64,000 bases of DNA from Nitrospinota bacterium (GTDB lineage: Bacteria; UBA8248): assembly GCA_046581755.1 (NCBI GenBank), contig JAYGFR010000031.1:1-64000 (forward strand), read 5' to 3'. This document shows positions 10,084-19,719 of this stretch, one piece after another (positions within the stretch are counted from its first letter, which is position 1; every line of letters begins with the position of its first letter). The position numbers were made by a program, and so were the translations under genes. The notes below the pieces were generated by a model, which searched no databases, had not been told where the DNA came from, and was given only the letters and a program-made list of their open reading frames with translations.

Positions 10084-10756
10084 GGCCGCCGCCCTGCGGC
10101 CGGGCGATATTGCGCGCCGCGTGGCCCGGGAGGTTCCCGGCGGGACGGTGGTGAACCTGGGGATCGGCATCCCGACACAGGTGGCCAATTATGTCGAGAC
10201 CGGGCGCGGGGTTATGTTCATGGCCGAAAACGGCATCCTGGGCATCGGCCCGAGGCCCGCCCCCGGCAAGGAGGATCGGGACCTTATCAACGCCTCGCGC
10301 GAGCCCGTCACCGCGATTCCGGGCGCCTCGTTTTTCGGGCACGCCGATTCGTTCGCGATGATCCGGGGGGGACACGTGGACATCGCTGTCCTCGGCGCGC
10401 TCCAGGTGTCCGCCCGGGGAGACCTGGCGAACTGGACCGTGCCCGGCGCCGGAAAAGGCGGCATCGGCGGGGCAATGGACCTCGCCACCGGTGCCGGGGA
10501 GGTCTTCGCCATCATGACCCACCTCATGAAGGACGGGGGCCTCAAGCTGCTCGACGAATGCACCTATCCGCTCACGGCGGCCGGGGTCGTGACCAAACTT
10601 TTCACCGACATCGCCTTCATCGAGTTCACCGGAGATGCCCCCCTTCTCCGGGAGGTGGCGGCGGGACTCGATGCCGAAGACATCCAGCGCGTAAGCGGGC
10701 CCCGGCTCCGGGTGGCCGATACGCTTGGAACCCTCGAGCGGGAACCGGAGGCATGA
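10061..10756 (+). CDS. 3-oxoacid CoA-transferase subunit B
   Basis: VNLGIGIPT, catalytic Glu in AENG, GGAMDL. Start taken at TTG 10061 after GGAG. Confidence 0.9.
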   Translation: MNSDPKLEAAALRPGDIARRVAREVPGGTVVNLGIGIPTQVANYVETGRGVMFMAENGILGIGPRPAPGKEDRDLINASREPVTAIPGASFFGHADSFAMIRGGHVDIAVLGALQVSARGDLANWTVPGAGKGGIGGAMDLATGAGEVFAIMTHLMKDGGLKLLDECTYPLTAAGVVTKLFTDIAFIEFTGDAPLLREVAAGLDAEDIQRVSGPRLRVADTLGTLEREPEA

Positions 10757-11994
10757 TCCGCGCGGGAGCGGGGATTTCGGGCGCGCGCGGATCGCGCGAG
10801 GCCGCCGAGGGGGCCGTCGGCGATGCGATGGATATGGCTGGAATCGGCCGGGCGGACCTTGTTTTTCTTTTTGTGACCTCTGAGCACCTGGAGGATTGGC
10901 CCCGGATCGCCCGCGCCGCCCGTGAGCGTTCCGGCGGGGCGCGGGTGGTCGGCTGCACGGGTTACGGGGTCCTGACTGCGGAGGCCGAGATCGAAGGCGA
11001 GACCGGGGCCGCCGCGCTGGCCATCGGCGGGGAAGGCTTTGCCGCCGCGCCGTTTCTCGCCGGGGGGCTGGGCCGCGATCCGCTCGAATGCGGAAGAGAA
11101 GCCGGCCGCCAGGCCCGCGAGGGGCTGGGCGCGGCGTTTCGAGGAGAAGGGCCGCCGGCCGCCGTCATTCTTCCGGATTCCTACAACCTCCGCGCCGGGG
11201 AGCTTTTCAGGGGCCTCCACGAGGAGCTGGGCGAGGATGCCATCATCGTGGGCGGAGGCGCCGCGGAGAACGGCCGGCTCGGGCGAACGTTTCAGTTTCT
11301 GGACGAGGAGATGAAAACCGACGCCGTGGCCGGAGCGGTTTTTCCCTGGAGCCCCACCCGCTTCATCGGCATCACCCAGGCCTACCAGCCCGATGGGGAG
11401 CCCATGGCGGTGACCCGCGCCGAGGAGAACATCATCTTCGAGATCTCGGGCCGGCCCGCCTACGAGGTATTCGCCGAGGCGGCGGGCGAGGCGTTGATGC
11501 AAAACCCACGCACCGCCGCGGTCCATGTGTTCGTCGGCCTGCCCGGAGACCCGGACTCGGTCGTGCTGGATCACGGAAACTATATCGTGCGCCCGGTCGT
11601 CGGGCTCGATCCCGGAAAAGGGCTCATTGCCCTGCCCGAGAAAATCTCCGTCGGCCAAGCGATCACCTTCACGCGCCGCGACGGCCCCAGGGCCCGCGCC
11701 GACCTCGAAACCATGCTCTCGAAGGCCAAGGAGCGGTTCGCTACGGAGAATCTAGCCGACGCAGCCGATTTCGCCCTCTACTTCAACTGCTCCGGGCGGG
11801 GCGCCTCGCTCTACGGAGAGAGCGGCGTGGACTCCGCGGCCATCCGCCGGGAAGCGCCCGGCCTTCCGGTGGCGGGATTTTTCACCGGCTCGGAGATCGC
11901 GCCCATCGGCACGGAAGATCATTTGCATCAGTTTTCGGGTGTATTGATGATACTGGGTGGAGACCATCCGCCCATGTCCCAGGAGGATATATGA
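10753..11994 (+). CDS. FIST N/C-domain sensory protein
   Basis: VVGCTG, GGGA, FNCSGRG and GFFTGSEI motifs. ATG 10753 overlaps the upstream stop. Confidence 0.85.
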   Translation: MIRAGAGISGARGSREAAEGAVGDAMDMAGIGRADLVFLFVTSEHLEDWPRIARAARERSGGARVVGCTGYGVLTAEAEIEGETGAAALAIGGEGFAAAPFLAGGLGRDPLECGREAGRQAREGLGAAFRGEGPPAAVILPDSYNLRAGELFRGLHEELGEDAIIVGGGAAENGRLGRTFQFLDEEMKTDAVAGAVFPWSPTRFIGITQAYQPDGEPMAVTRAEENIIFEISGRPAYEVFAEAAGEALMQNPRTAAVHVFVGLPGDPDSVVLDHGNYIVRPVVGLDPGKGLIALPEKISVGQAITFTRRDGPRARADLETMLSKAKERFATENLADAADFALYFNCSGRGASLYGESGVDSAAIRREAPGLPVAGFFTGSEIAPIGTEDHLHQFSGVLMILGGDHPPMSQEDI

Positions 11995-12419
11995 ACTACA
12001 GCATCGGAAACATTTTCGTCACGACGGTTCACGTTATCAGCGCCATTCTCGCCGTGGGCGGGGTGGCATTTTTCCGGTTTGTCGCGCTTCCCTACGCCGA
12101 AGGTCTTCCCGATGAGGAGCGGCAGCGCTGCATGCAGGCCCTTCGAGCGAAATTCGTTCCCTTTCTGCACGGCTCGTTTCTCATGCTCTTCCTCACCGGA
12201 ATTCACCACATCACCCGGCTCATCCGCTCGGGAATGACCATTCCGGGAATCCTCGTTCTCAAGATCGCTCTAGCCCTGATCATTATTTTTATCGGCGTCG
12301 CCCTCACCTGGCGGACGGGCTTCGAGGGCATGAAGGCGAACCGGAAGACCTATCTGACGATCAACCTCGCACTCGCCGTGATCGTCGTCTTCCTGGGAAT
12401 CTGGGTGACGCACGGGTAG
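11991..12419 (+). CDS. Small 4-TM membrane protein (CopD-like)
   Basis: AGGAGG RBS, ATG 11991, HVISAILAVGG and four hydrophobic segments. Confidence 0.65.
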   Translation: MNYSIGNIFVTTVHVISAILAVGGVAFFRFVALPYAEGLPDEERQRCMQALRAKFVPFLHGSFLMLFLTGIHHITRLIRSGMTIPGILVLKIALALIIIFIGVALTWRTGFEGMKANRKTYLTINLALAVIVVFLGIWVTHG

Positions 12420-12575
12420 GCGGCCGCGCTCCGATGTCTCTCGGGGAGATGTCTCTCGGAGAGAGGATGCGGTTCCGGACGAGGGAGACGCTCCCAGCCC
12501 CTTCGGCGGGGCTGGTATTTCTCCAGAAAGGCAATCAGGTTCTTCCGCTGCCCGCCCAGTGCGGCGGAACCGGAA

Positions 12576-13229
12576 TCAGCGGACCCGGTTCTCCGGCCCG
12601 CGGCCCCGGAAGAGGTCGATAAACGCCGCCGCCGCCGCCCGGTCGAATTCGGCCAGGGTGAGGCGCTTCGTCCAGGCGGTCAGGACTATCGATTTCCCGA
12701 TTCCGGCCATCGGCGTGGCGACGACCCCGGACCAAGGCCCCGAATAGAGCGCGATCCAGGAGCGCAAGGCCTCCATCGCTCCATCTCCGGGTTTATCGTA
12801 GTAGATGACGATGTTGCCGTGCTCGATCGCGTGCACCAGCTTCTCGGGGCGCTGGCGCGAGGTGTAGAAACCCGGTCTCGTCCCGACAGAATCATGCGGC
12901 CCGGAGGTGGGATAGATGCTGGGGTAGCTGGCGTATCGGCCCGCCCGAAGGTGGCCGCCGCCCCGGGTGGGGATGGTTTTTATCCGCGACTGAATCGATT
13001 TGCCCACCGCCGCCGATTTCAAAAAAGCCCGCTCTTCTCCCCCTGAATTCAACCAATAATACGCGCCGCCGGCCACGGCCAAAACAACCGCCGCCAGGGC
13101 GATGAGATTTCCTGTTCCACCCTTTTTGTTATCCTGTTCCTTGCGGGATTTCTTTCCCTTTTGTTTCGGCTTTGATTTGGACTTGGGCACGCTGTCGCTC
13201 CCGGCGTTTCGATTTGAAGATCGCGGCAA
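12576..13229 (-). CDS. DUF3105-domain protein
   Basis: PTSGPH, LVHAIEHGNIVIYY and LTAW motifs, with a single N-terminal TM. Start uncertain. Confidence 0.8.
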   Translation of the reverse strand: MPRSSNRNAGSDSVPKSKSKPKQKGKKSRKEQDNKKGGTGNLIALAAVVLAVAGGAYYWLNSGGEERAFLKSAAVGKSIQSRIKTIPTRGGGHLRAGRYASYPSIYPTSGPHDSVGTRPGFYTSRQRPEKLVHAIEHGNIVIYYDKPGDGAMEALRSWIALYSGPWSGVVATPMAGIGKSIVLTAWTKRLTLAEFDRAAAAAFIDLFRGRGPENRVR

Positions 13230-13301
13230 TGAAAACAGATCTGATTCGTCCAGCGGATATACACGAGCGCCCCCTCCGGCGCCAAGCCGGTGGAGTGAAC
13301 C

Positions 13302-14561
13302 CTATCCGCTTCCGACCGATCGGCCTCCTTGAGAGGGGCCGACCCCCAGCTTTTTCAGGCCATCCTCAAGGGCGTCCAGCGCCCGGTCGATCTGCCCTTC
13401 GGTGTGGGTAGCCATGAGGGTCGCCCGCAGGCGGCTCGTCCCCTCGGGGACCGTGGGCGGCCGGATGGCCAGCATCAAAAACCCGGCCGTGAGCATGTGG
13501 TCGGCCAGGGCGAGGGCACTCCTCGCGTCGCCGACGACGATCGGAAAAATCGGCACTTCCGCCCCACTGACGAGAGCAGGCATCTCGAAGCCGATTCGCT
13601 CCAGGCCGGCGCGGAATCTCCGGCAAAGGGCGGCCAGGCATTTCCGCCGCTTTTCCCCCTCTTCACCCGAGGCCAGTTCGAGGGCGGCGCCGGCGGAGAC
13701 CACCAAGGCGGGCGGAAGGGCCGTGGAGTAGATGAACGATCTGGCGTGGTTCACCAGATAATTTATTACATCGGTGTCCGAGCAGGCGAAGGCGCCGTAG
13801 GAAGCCAGGGATTTCCCGAGCGTCCCCATGGAGACGCCGACGCGATCCTGGACACCGAAATGCGCCGCCGCGCCCCTGCCCGAGGGCCCCAGTATGCCGG
13901 TTGCATGGGCCTCGTCCACGAGGAGGAGCGCATCGTGCCGATCTGCAAGGGAGGCCATTTCGTCCAGCGGAGCCAGATCGCCATCCATGCTGAATACGCC
14001 ATCCACCGCGATGAGCCGCTGGCGGGCGCCCCTGGCGCGCCGGAGCCCATCCTCGAGCGCGTTCAAATCACCGTGGGCAAAGACGTACACCTTGGCCCGG
14101 CTCAGGCGGCAGCCGTCCACGATGCTGGCATGGTTGAGGGCGTCGCTGAATACGGCGTCCCCCTCCCCGGCCAGGGAGGAGATGAGGCCCGTGTTCGCCA
14201 GAAACCCGGAACCGAAAAGAATCGAGGCGTCTTTTTTCTTGAAGCGGGCAAGCGCCTTGGAGAGTTTTTCGTGAGGCTCCATGTAGCCCGAAATCAGAGG
14301 GCTCGCGCCGGCGCCGGAGCCCCACCGGTGCGCGGCCTCTGCCGCGCAGGCGGCCACCAGGGGATGATCGGCCAGGCCCAGGTAGTTGTTCCCGGCGAGA
14401 TGGACGGCCTCGAATCCCTCGACCCGGACAACAGGGGCCTGCACCCCGGAGATCACCCGGAGCCTGCGGCGCAGACTCCGGCTGGAAAGGGAGCGCAAAT
14501 CGGCCCGAATCGAATCGCGCCAACTCGAAGCCGCTGTCTGGATTGAGTCGCTCTCGGCCAT
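13302..14561 (-). CDS. bioF: 8-amino-7-oxononanoate synthase
   Basis: NNYLGL, SDALNHASIVDG, DGVFSMDGD, DEAHA, TLGK and IRPPTVP motifs. Confidence 0.92.
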   Translation of the reverse strand: MAESDSIQTAASSWRDSIRADLRSLSSRSLRRRLRVISGVQAPVVRVEGFEAVHLAGNNYLGLADHPLVAACAAEAAHRWGSGAGASPLISGYMEPHEKLSKALARFKKKDASILFGSGFLANTGLISSLAGEGDAVFSDALNHASIVDGCRLSRAKVYVFAHGDLNALEDGLRRARGARQRLIAVDGVFSMDGDLAPLDEMASLADRHDALLLVDEAHATGILGPSGRGAAAHFGVQDRVGVSMGTLGKSLASYGAFACSDTDVINYLVNHARSFIYSTALPPALVVSAGAALELASGEEGEKRRKCLAALCRRFRAGLERIGFEMPALVSGAEVPIFPIVVGDARSALALADHMLTAGFLMLAIRPPTVPEGTSRLRATLMATHTEGQIDRALDALEDGLKKLGVGPSQGGRSVGSG

Positions 14562-15048
14562 GTCCCGATTTTAGGGATTGGCGGCCCCGGTGAAAAGGGC
14601 CGGGTCAAACAGACGGAGTTTCGGCCTCAGCGGGACCGGGGGGGGGAGGTTCCGCTTCGTTTCTTGCCTGGATTCACGCTCTTTTTCTCTTTTTTTGTCT
14701 TTTTCCGTAAAAAGGACGCATCCATTTCGTGCGCGGGAGCGGTTTTTTACGCTTAATAGAGCCGTCAGTATCATTTTCCACCCCCTCCATGTTGTGGGCA
14801 TTGCCGCTCATTGGGCTGCTTTGGTGCCGCATCGCCCTGATTTCATTATGTCTCCTTGCCGCTGCGGGAGAGGGGTCTCCCGTTACCCGGAAGATATGAC
14901 CCATCTCCTATTTACTTGCCCGGGAATGAAAAAAGTGGCATTTTGATGTGGTTTTTTGCCGGATTTTCTTCAAACCGGAATCTGGCGGGAATTTGAGATA
15001 CCATGAAAGCGGGACCAGAGCTTTTCCACGCCCGCACTGAGGGCATGG

Positions 15049-15423
15049 ATGTTCGACTGGCTTTGGGTGGCAATCGGCGGCGCGGCGGGAAGCGTCCTGC
15101 GCTACGGTACGACCATCGCGGTCCAGCGGTGGACCCAGAGCTCTTGGCCCTGGGCTACGTTTGCGGTCAATATCCTGGGCTCGTTCCTCATCGGCTGGCT
15201 CGCCTATATGGTGGTTGGCCGGGGGGCGATATCCGTCCAGACGCGGCTGATCGTCATGGTCGGACTTCTGGGCGGGTTCACGACCTTCTCCACCTTCAGT
15301 CTCGATACCCTACGCCTCATCCAGGAAGGGGGGTGGAGGGCGGCGGCGGCCAATGCCGTCCTCTCGGTGGCGGGAGGACTCATCGCCGCCTGGGCCGGCT
15401 TTAATATCGCATCGTCTCTCTGA
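15049..15423 (+). CDS. crcB: Fluoride channel CrcB/FluC
   Basis: GGAAGSVLRY, VNILGSF and GGFTTFSTF motifs. Confidence 0.95.
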   Translation: MFDWLWVAIGGAAGSVLRYGTTIAVQRWTQSSWPWATFAVNILGSFLIGWLAYMVVGRGAISVQTRLIVMVGLLGGFTTFSTFSLDTLRLIQEGGWRAAAANAVLSVAGGLIAAWAGFNIASSL

Positions 15424-15453
15424 GGGCCCCGCCGGTCAGTCCGCCTTCCCTCT

Positions 15454-16303
15454 TCATGCGGCCGCGGCGCCTCCCGCGACGATGAGAACCATCCCCCCGG
15501 CAGCGGCCAATCCGATCCGCTCGCCCAGAATCAGCCAGAGAAAAAAGGCCGAGAGAAACGGCGCAAAGTAGGCCATCGCCCCGAGGAGAGCCACCTCCCC
15601 GGCCGAGACCGCGCGCTCCCAGGCGAGAATCGCCGCCCCGATCGTGACCGCGCCGAGATAGAGAATCGCCCCCCACGCGGCGGGCGGCGGATCGGGCCAC
15701 CCCGCCGCGAACAGCCAGAGCCCCGAAAGAAAAACGCTCCCTACCGAGGCGGTGAGCAGAAACGCCCGGCCCCCGCCCCATTTTCTGAGCAAAACCGTAT
15801 AGCTCGACCAGGCCACCGCGCTCCCCAGCGCGAGGGCGTAGCCCAGAATATGGCCCTCCTCGAAAGCCGCCCTCTGCCCTCCGGCAACCAGGGCCGCCCC
15901 CGCCGCCCCGAGCAGCGCGCCGGCCGCGATCCGCGGGCGGAAGGGCTCTCGAAGAACAATCCAGGCCAGGAGAACGACCAGAAGCGGCCACAGGTAATTG
16001 ATCAGCGTCGCCTCGACGATGGGAGCGCGGCGAATCGCCTCGAAATAAAACGCGCGAAAGAAGAACAGGCCCCACAGGCCGAGGAGCCGGCCCCGCCAGC
16101 GCTCGCGTGCATCCCGGGGCTCAAACGCGGGGGGGCAGCCCGAACAGGCGGGGAAGGATGCCGAAGGTGAGCGCCGCCGCCGCAAACCCGCCTCCCAGCA
16201 CCCAGGGCGGATGCGTCTCTCGAAGGGCCGTTCCCGCCGCTGCCGCCAGCGTCCCCCAGCAGAATATGGCGAACAGCCCCCACCCCAACGATTTCATGTT
16301 CAT
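15454..16303 (-). pseudogene. DMT/EamA transporter, frameshifted at a C7 run (16129-16135)
   Basis: N-part MNMKSLGWGLFAIFCWG... and C-part ...EATLINYLWP...AYFAP are in different frames. Removing one C joins them as LPPAFEPR. Confidence 0.8.
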
Positions 16304-16419
16304 GGAATTTTCCACGTGCTTTGAGATACGGTCTCGGCTGCCTATAATCGCGCCATCGAATTCCAAGCGCCCCGACGCATTTCACCGGGCGGGCTGTCCC
16401 GCCCGCAAAGGAGACCCGC

Positions 16420-16692
16420 ATGAACGATCAAACCGACTTCCGGAAATTCTACCGCGACGCCCACGCCACCGCGCTTCTGACCGACCGCGAGAAAAAACTC
16501 ATCGGCATCGCGGTCGCCATCGTCCGAAACTGCCAACCCTGAGTGGACCACCGCCTGGCGGCCGCCGGGAAAGCCGATATCCCAGAAGAGGTGCTGGACG
16601 CCACGTTCGATCTCACCACCGCGGTGATGGCCGGAATCGGACAGAGCATGAACCGGCGCTACAAGGATTCCCTGAAACCGAAAGAGGGGTAG
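16420..16692 (+). CDS. AhpD/carboxymuconolactone-decarboxylase-like selenoprotein (C38-x-x-U41), 90 aa
   Basis: AAGGAG RBS, then ATG 16420. LTDREKKLIGIAVAIVRNCQP-TGA(16540)-VDHRLAAAGKADIPEE... continues to TAG 16692. Hairpin follows the TGA. Confidence 0.85.
16554..16569 (+). promoter_or_regulatory. Candidate SECIS hairpin (AhpD-like gene)
   Basis: CCTGGC-GGCC-GCCGGG; the loop starts at +18 after the TGA. Confidence 0.65.
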
Positions 16693-16705
16693 CGGGCGGG
16701 GAGGG

Positions 16706-17374
16706 CTAGCGGACCTCGGCGCGGAGAACGTAGACATGGCGGGCGAGGGATTCCACTAGGCGGGAGGGATCGAAATCCCGGGGAGTGGTGATCTGGACCC
16801 GTACCCGCATCGGGCCGCCTTCGGGATCTTTTTTCACGTCCATCTCCCGGATATCGCAGCGCTCCTTGGAAAGAATGTCCTCGAGCTCCTGGAACATCTC
16901 TTCCTCCTCCCCGCCGTTTGCCACAATTTCCAGAAGCTTGAAGCGGCGCCGCCCGGAAATTCGACGGCCGACTTTTTTGAGCAGGCCCAGCGAAACCAGC
17001 ATGATCACCACCACCGACACAGCCTCGACGTGGAGGCCCACTCCCACGGCCAGGCCGATCCCCGCCGTGGTCCAAATGCTCGCCGCCGTGGTCAGCCCCC
17101 GCACCGAAGCGCCCATCCGGAGGATGGCGCCCGCCCCCAAAAAACCGATGCCGCTGACGACCTGGGCCGCGATGCGGCCGGGGTCGTTCGTGGGACTCCC
17201 CTCGGCCACGCGCATGGAGACTTCCATGAGCAGGGCGGAGCCGAGGCAGAGGATGATATGGGTGCGAAGACCGGCGGGCTGATTGTTGCGCTCGCGCTCC
17301 AGCCCGATGAGGCCGCCGAGGAAGGCGGCCTCGATCATGCGGAAAATGAATCCGATTTGGTCGGGGAGGATCAA
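16706..17374 (-). CDS. MgtC/SapB family protein
   Basis: GLIGLERE...PAGLRTH and RIAAQVVSGIGFLGAG...GLTTAASIW motifs. Confidence 0.92.
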   Translation of the reverse strand: MILPDQIGFIFRMIEAAFLGGLIGLERERNNQPAGLRTHIILCLGSALLMEVSMRVAEGSPTNDPGRIAAQVVSGIGFLGAGAILRMGASVRGLTTAASIWTTAGIGLAVGVGLHVEAVSVVVIMLVSLGLLKKVGRRISGRRRFKLLEIVANGGEEEEMFQELEDILSKERCDIREMDVKKDPEGGPMRVRVQITTPRDFDPSRLVESLARHVYVLRAEVR

Positions 17375-17375
17375 C

Positions 17376-18002
17376 CTATTTTTTCCCGTGTGGGTTCGGG
17401 CGCGCTTTGCGCCGGGAAATTTCTTTTTTGATTTCCGCCTTGGATTTTCCGTTCACCGGGATGCCGAACACCTCGCCCACCTTGGTCTGCTTGTCGAGCA
17501 GGCGCATAAACGCGAGATCCTCGATCTCGGCGAGCACCATCTCGCAGGTGCTGAATATGGTGCACCCCTCGACGAGATGGCCGCCGAAGCAGGTCGCCTC
17601 GGGTCGGCCCATCGAAATCGTGACGTGGGCATGAAGATAGGGCTTGCCGTCCTCGGTCTGGGTGATGTTGCCGCTCATCTGAAGAAGCTCGAGCGGGCCC
17701 TCGATGGGAGTGAAGATGCGGCAGTCGTTGTTGATGGGCCAGGGGTTGGGAAACTGCCATACGTTGCGAAGCGTCGCCCTCCGAAGGCTCGCCGCCACGC
17801 TGAGGATCACGCCCGCCTTCACCCCCCGCTCCGCGCAAATTTTCAGGGTCGTGCCGTACAAATCGTCGCCCGGGGCCATCCGGATCGTCAGCACGCGCCC
17901 GAGGCGCGCCTCCGCCACATCGTAACGGGGCGTGCGCTTCTTCCAGTCGGTTTCGTCGAAAATCACCTCTTGTGCTTGAGCGAATTTTTTTGTCGCCATC
18001 AA
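17376..18002 (-). CDS. PPC/DUF296 domain protein
   Basis: LELLQMSGN, HAHVTIS and FGGHL motifs. Confidence 0.85.
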   Translation of the reverse strand: MMATKKFAQAQEVIFDETDWKKRTPRYDVAEARLGRVLTIRMAPGDDLYGTTLKICAERGVKAGVILSVAASLRRATLRNVWQFPNPWPINNDCRIFTPIEGPLELLQMSGNITQTEDGKPYLHAHVTISMGRPEATCFGGHLVEGCTIFSTCEMVLAEIEDLAFMRLLDKQTKVGEVFGIPVNGKSKAEIKKEISRRKARPNPHGKK

Positions 18003-18168
18003 CCGTTCCTCTCCTCAAATTGATTCGCATCCCGCGGGATGGAAATTGCGATCGCCTCAAACCGTCCAGCCATTCGTGTGTCCGTTTATTCTAGCCCCCC
18101 GGATTCTAATCCCAAGCCCGGGGGAATGAAAACCAAGGGCCGCCATCCCGCAGTCCCCATCGAGGAAC

Positions 18169-19485
18169 CTAATCCCCTCGGTCGAAGCGGACGATCCCGC
18201 CCGAAACCGTCGTCCGGACAATCGCCCCGGGACGGAAAATATCGGCGAGCGCCACCTCCGCGGCGCCGGGCGGGGGCGCGATGACGGCGAAATCCGCCAC
18301 CCCGCCGGAGGTCAGCCGGCCCACCCCCTCGTCCGTGAACCCCAGGGCCCCGGCGCCGTTCACCGTGCAGATTTCCAGGAGCGCATCCGCCGTCAGGCCC
18401 GGGTCCGCCTCCCAGAGCGCCGCCGCCTCATCGAGCAACGAGAGCGAAGGGCTGCTCGCCCGGCTGTCCGTTCCGAGGCAGAGCCGGAGACCGGCACGCC
18501 GCATCCCGGCGGCATCGGCGAAAGGATGCCCGAAATAGGCGGTCGACCGGGGACACAGGCAAACCACCGCCCCGGCGCGCGTGAGAAGCTCCCAATCCTC
18601 CTCGTCCGTCTGGTTGCAGTGGACCGCCAGATCGATGTCCTCCAGGACCCCCGCATCGGCCAGGTAGCGCACGGGCGAGCAGCCCGGCGGATCGAAGCCG
18701 TTGACCGCGCTCTCCAACGCTTTGTGCATTTCGGCGAACGCGCCGCCACCGTCCTTGAGGAACCGCACCTCTTCGGGGCTTTCGGCCAGATGGGTGGCCG
18801 AGGGCCAGGTCCGACCGCGCGCCTCCTCGAGCGCCAAGCGGTAGAGCGGAATCGATGTCGTGTAGGGCGCATGGGGACTGACCCCATCCCTGAGAAATTC
18901 CGCCCCGCCACCGGTCTCGCCACCAGTCTCGAACACCCCATCCGCGGAGGGAAGCCTTTGGCGGACAATCGAATCCGCCTCGGCAGGGGCCAGCCCCAGC
19001 ACCTCGCTGAACACCACCCCGCGCATCTCCATGAACGATAGGATCACCCGGCTGTGGCCCGAGGCCGAAATATCTCCCACACAGGTGACGCCCGAGCCAA
19101 ACGATGCGATCGCGCCGAGCCGGGAGGAGGAGAGAAAAAGAGGGGGCGGCCAGCCGCGCGTCTCGCGGACCAGGGCCACGATCCACTCGGCCATCGGCGC
19201 GCGCGTGGCCTCGAATCCGCTCAGCTCGAGGTGGGTGTGGGCGTTCACGAGACCTGGGACGAGAACCGCCCTTCCGAAATTCCGCTCGGGAACCAGCGGC
19301 CCCTTGGGGCGGACCTCCGCCTCCGGGCCCACCGCTTCGATGCGGCCGCCCCGGGTGAGGACCGCTCCGCCGCGAATGGGCGGGCTCCCGGCCGGGCACA
19401 CGAGATCGGCCCGCCAGAGGTTTTGTCTTCGAGAGGGGGTCTGCTCCGCGCGGTTTCCGTTTTCCGGGCCGCTAGCTGAGCTCAT
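18169..19485 (-). CDS. Amidohydrolase, probable aminodeoxyfutalosine deaminase
   Basis: PGLVNAHTHLELS, SPHAPY, HLAES, VHC and LGTDS motifs. Lies downstream of mqnC. Confidence 0.78.
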   Translation of the reverse strand: MSSASGPENGNRAEQTPSRRQNLWRADLVCPAGSPPIRGGAVLTRGGRIEAVGPEAEVRPKGPLVPERNFGRAVLVPGLVNAHTHLELSGFEATRAPMAEWIVALVRETRGWPPPLFLSSSRLGAIASFGSGVTCVGDISASGHSRVILSFMEMRGVVFSEVLGLAPAEADSIVRQRLPSADGVFETGGETGGGAEFLRDGVSPHAPYTTSIPLYRLALEEARGRTWPSATHLAESPEEVRFLKDGGGAFAEMHKALESAVNGFDPPGCSPVRYLADAGVLEDIDLAVHCNQTDEEDWELLTRAGAVVCLCPRSTAYFGHPFADAAGMRRAGLRLCLGTDSRASSPSLSLLDEAAALWEADPGLTADALLEICTVNGAGALGFTDEGVGRLTSGGVADFAVIAPPPGAAEVALADIFRPGAIVRTTVSGGIVRFDRGD

Positions 19486-19717
19486 GATATTTGCGCGGCC
19501 TCAGGAAACCCGTGCCCGGACCCTTCCCGAACCGGTAGGCCGCGCGCCGGAGACTGGCCAGGTCATGTTCCCAGCGCCAATCGTTGACCTGGAGCCTTGT
19601 TCTCAGGCGGCCCGACTCCCACGCACACATGGCGGCGTAGGCGATCACGAGAGCAACGCCCCAACCGGGGAGGATCAATAAGAGGATTAAACCGAGAACG
19701 ACGGACAAGGAAGCCAT
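19472..19717 (-). CDS. Small hypothetical membrane protein
   Basis: Tightly packed between mqnC and the deaminase, with a hydrophobic N-terminus. Confidence 0.45.
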   Translation of the reverse strand: MASLSVVLGLILLLILPGWGVALVIAYAAMCAWESGRLRTRLQVNDWRWEHDLASLRRAAYRFGKGPGTGFLRPRKYHELS

Positions 19718-19719
19718 GA

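Noticed and set aside
9244..10188. 842-aa version of the spermidine synthase-like ORF
   Set aside because: The N-terminal extension is antisense to the CoA-transferase genes; the RBS supports ATG 9243.
12433..12464. 15-bp tandem duplication GATGTCTCTCGG(G/A)GA and the 62-aa ORF over it
   Set aside because: Only two copies in a short convergent intergenic gap, with no further structure.
14571..14846. Possible fifth UGA-readthrough ORF (AAGGAG, MKSGRCGTKAAQ-TGA-AAMPTTW..., minus strand)
   Set aside because: No redox motif at the TGA, no G-loop hairpin at +18 to +21, and no recognisable family after the stop.
14940..15048. Fluoride riboswitch upstream of crcB
   Set aside because: No recognisable GGCGATGG..CGCC/TAAAC..TGATG pattern by eye; an Infernal scan would be decisive.
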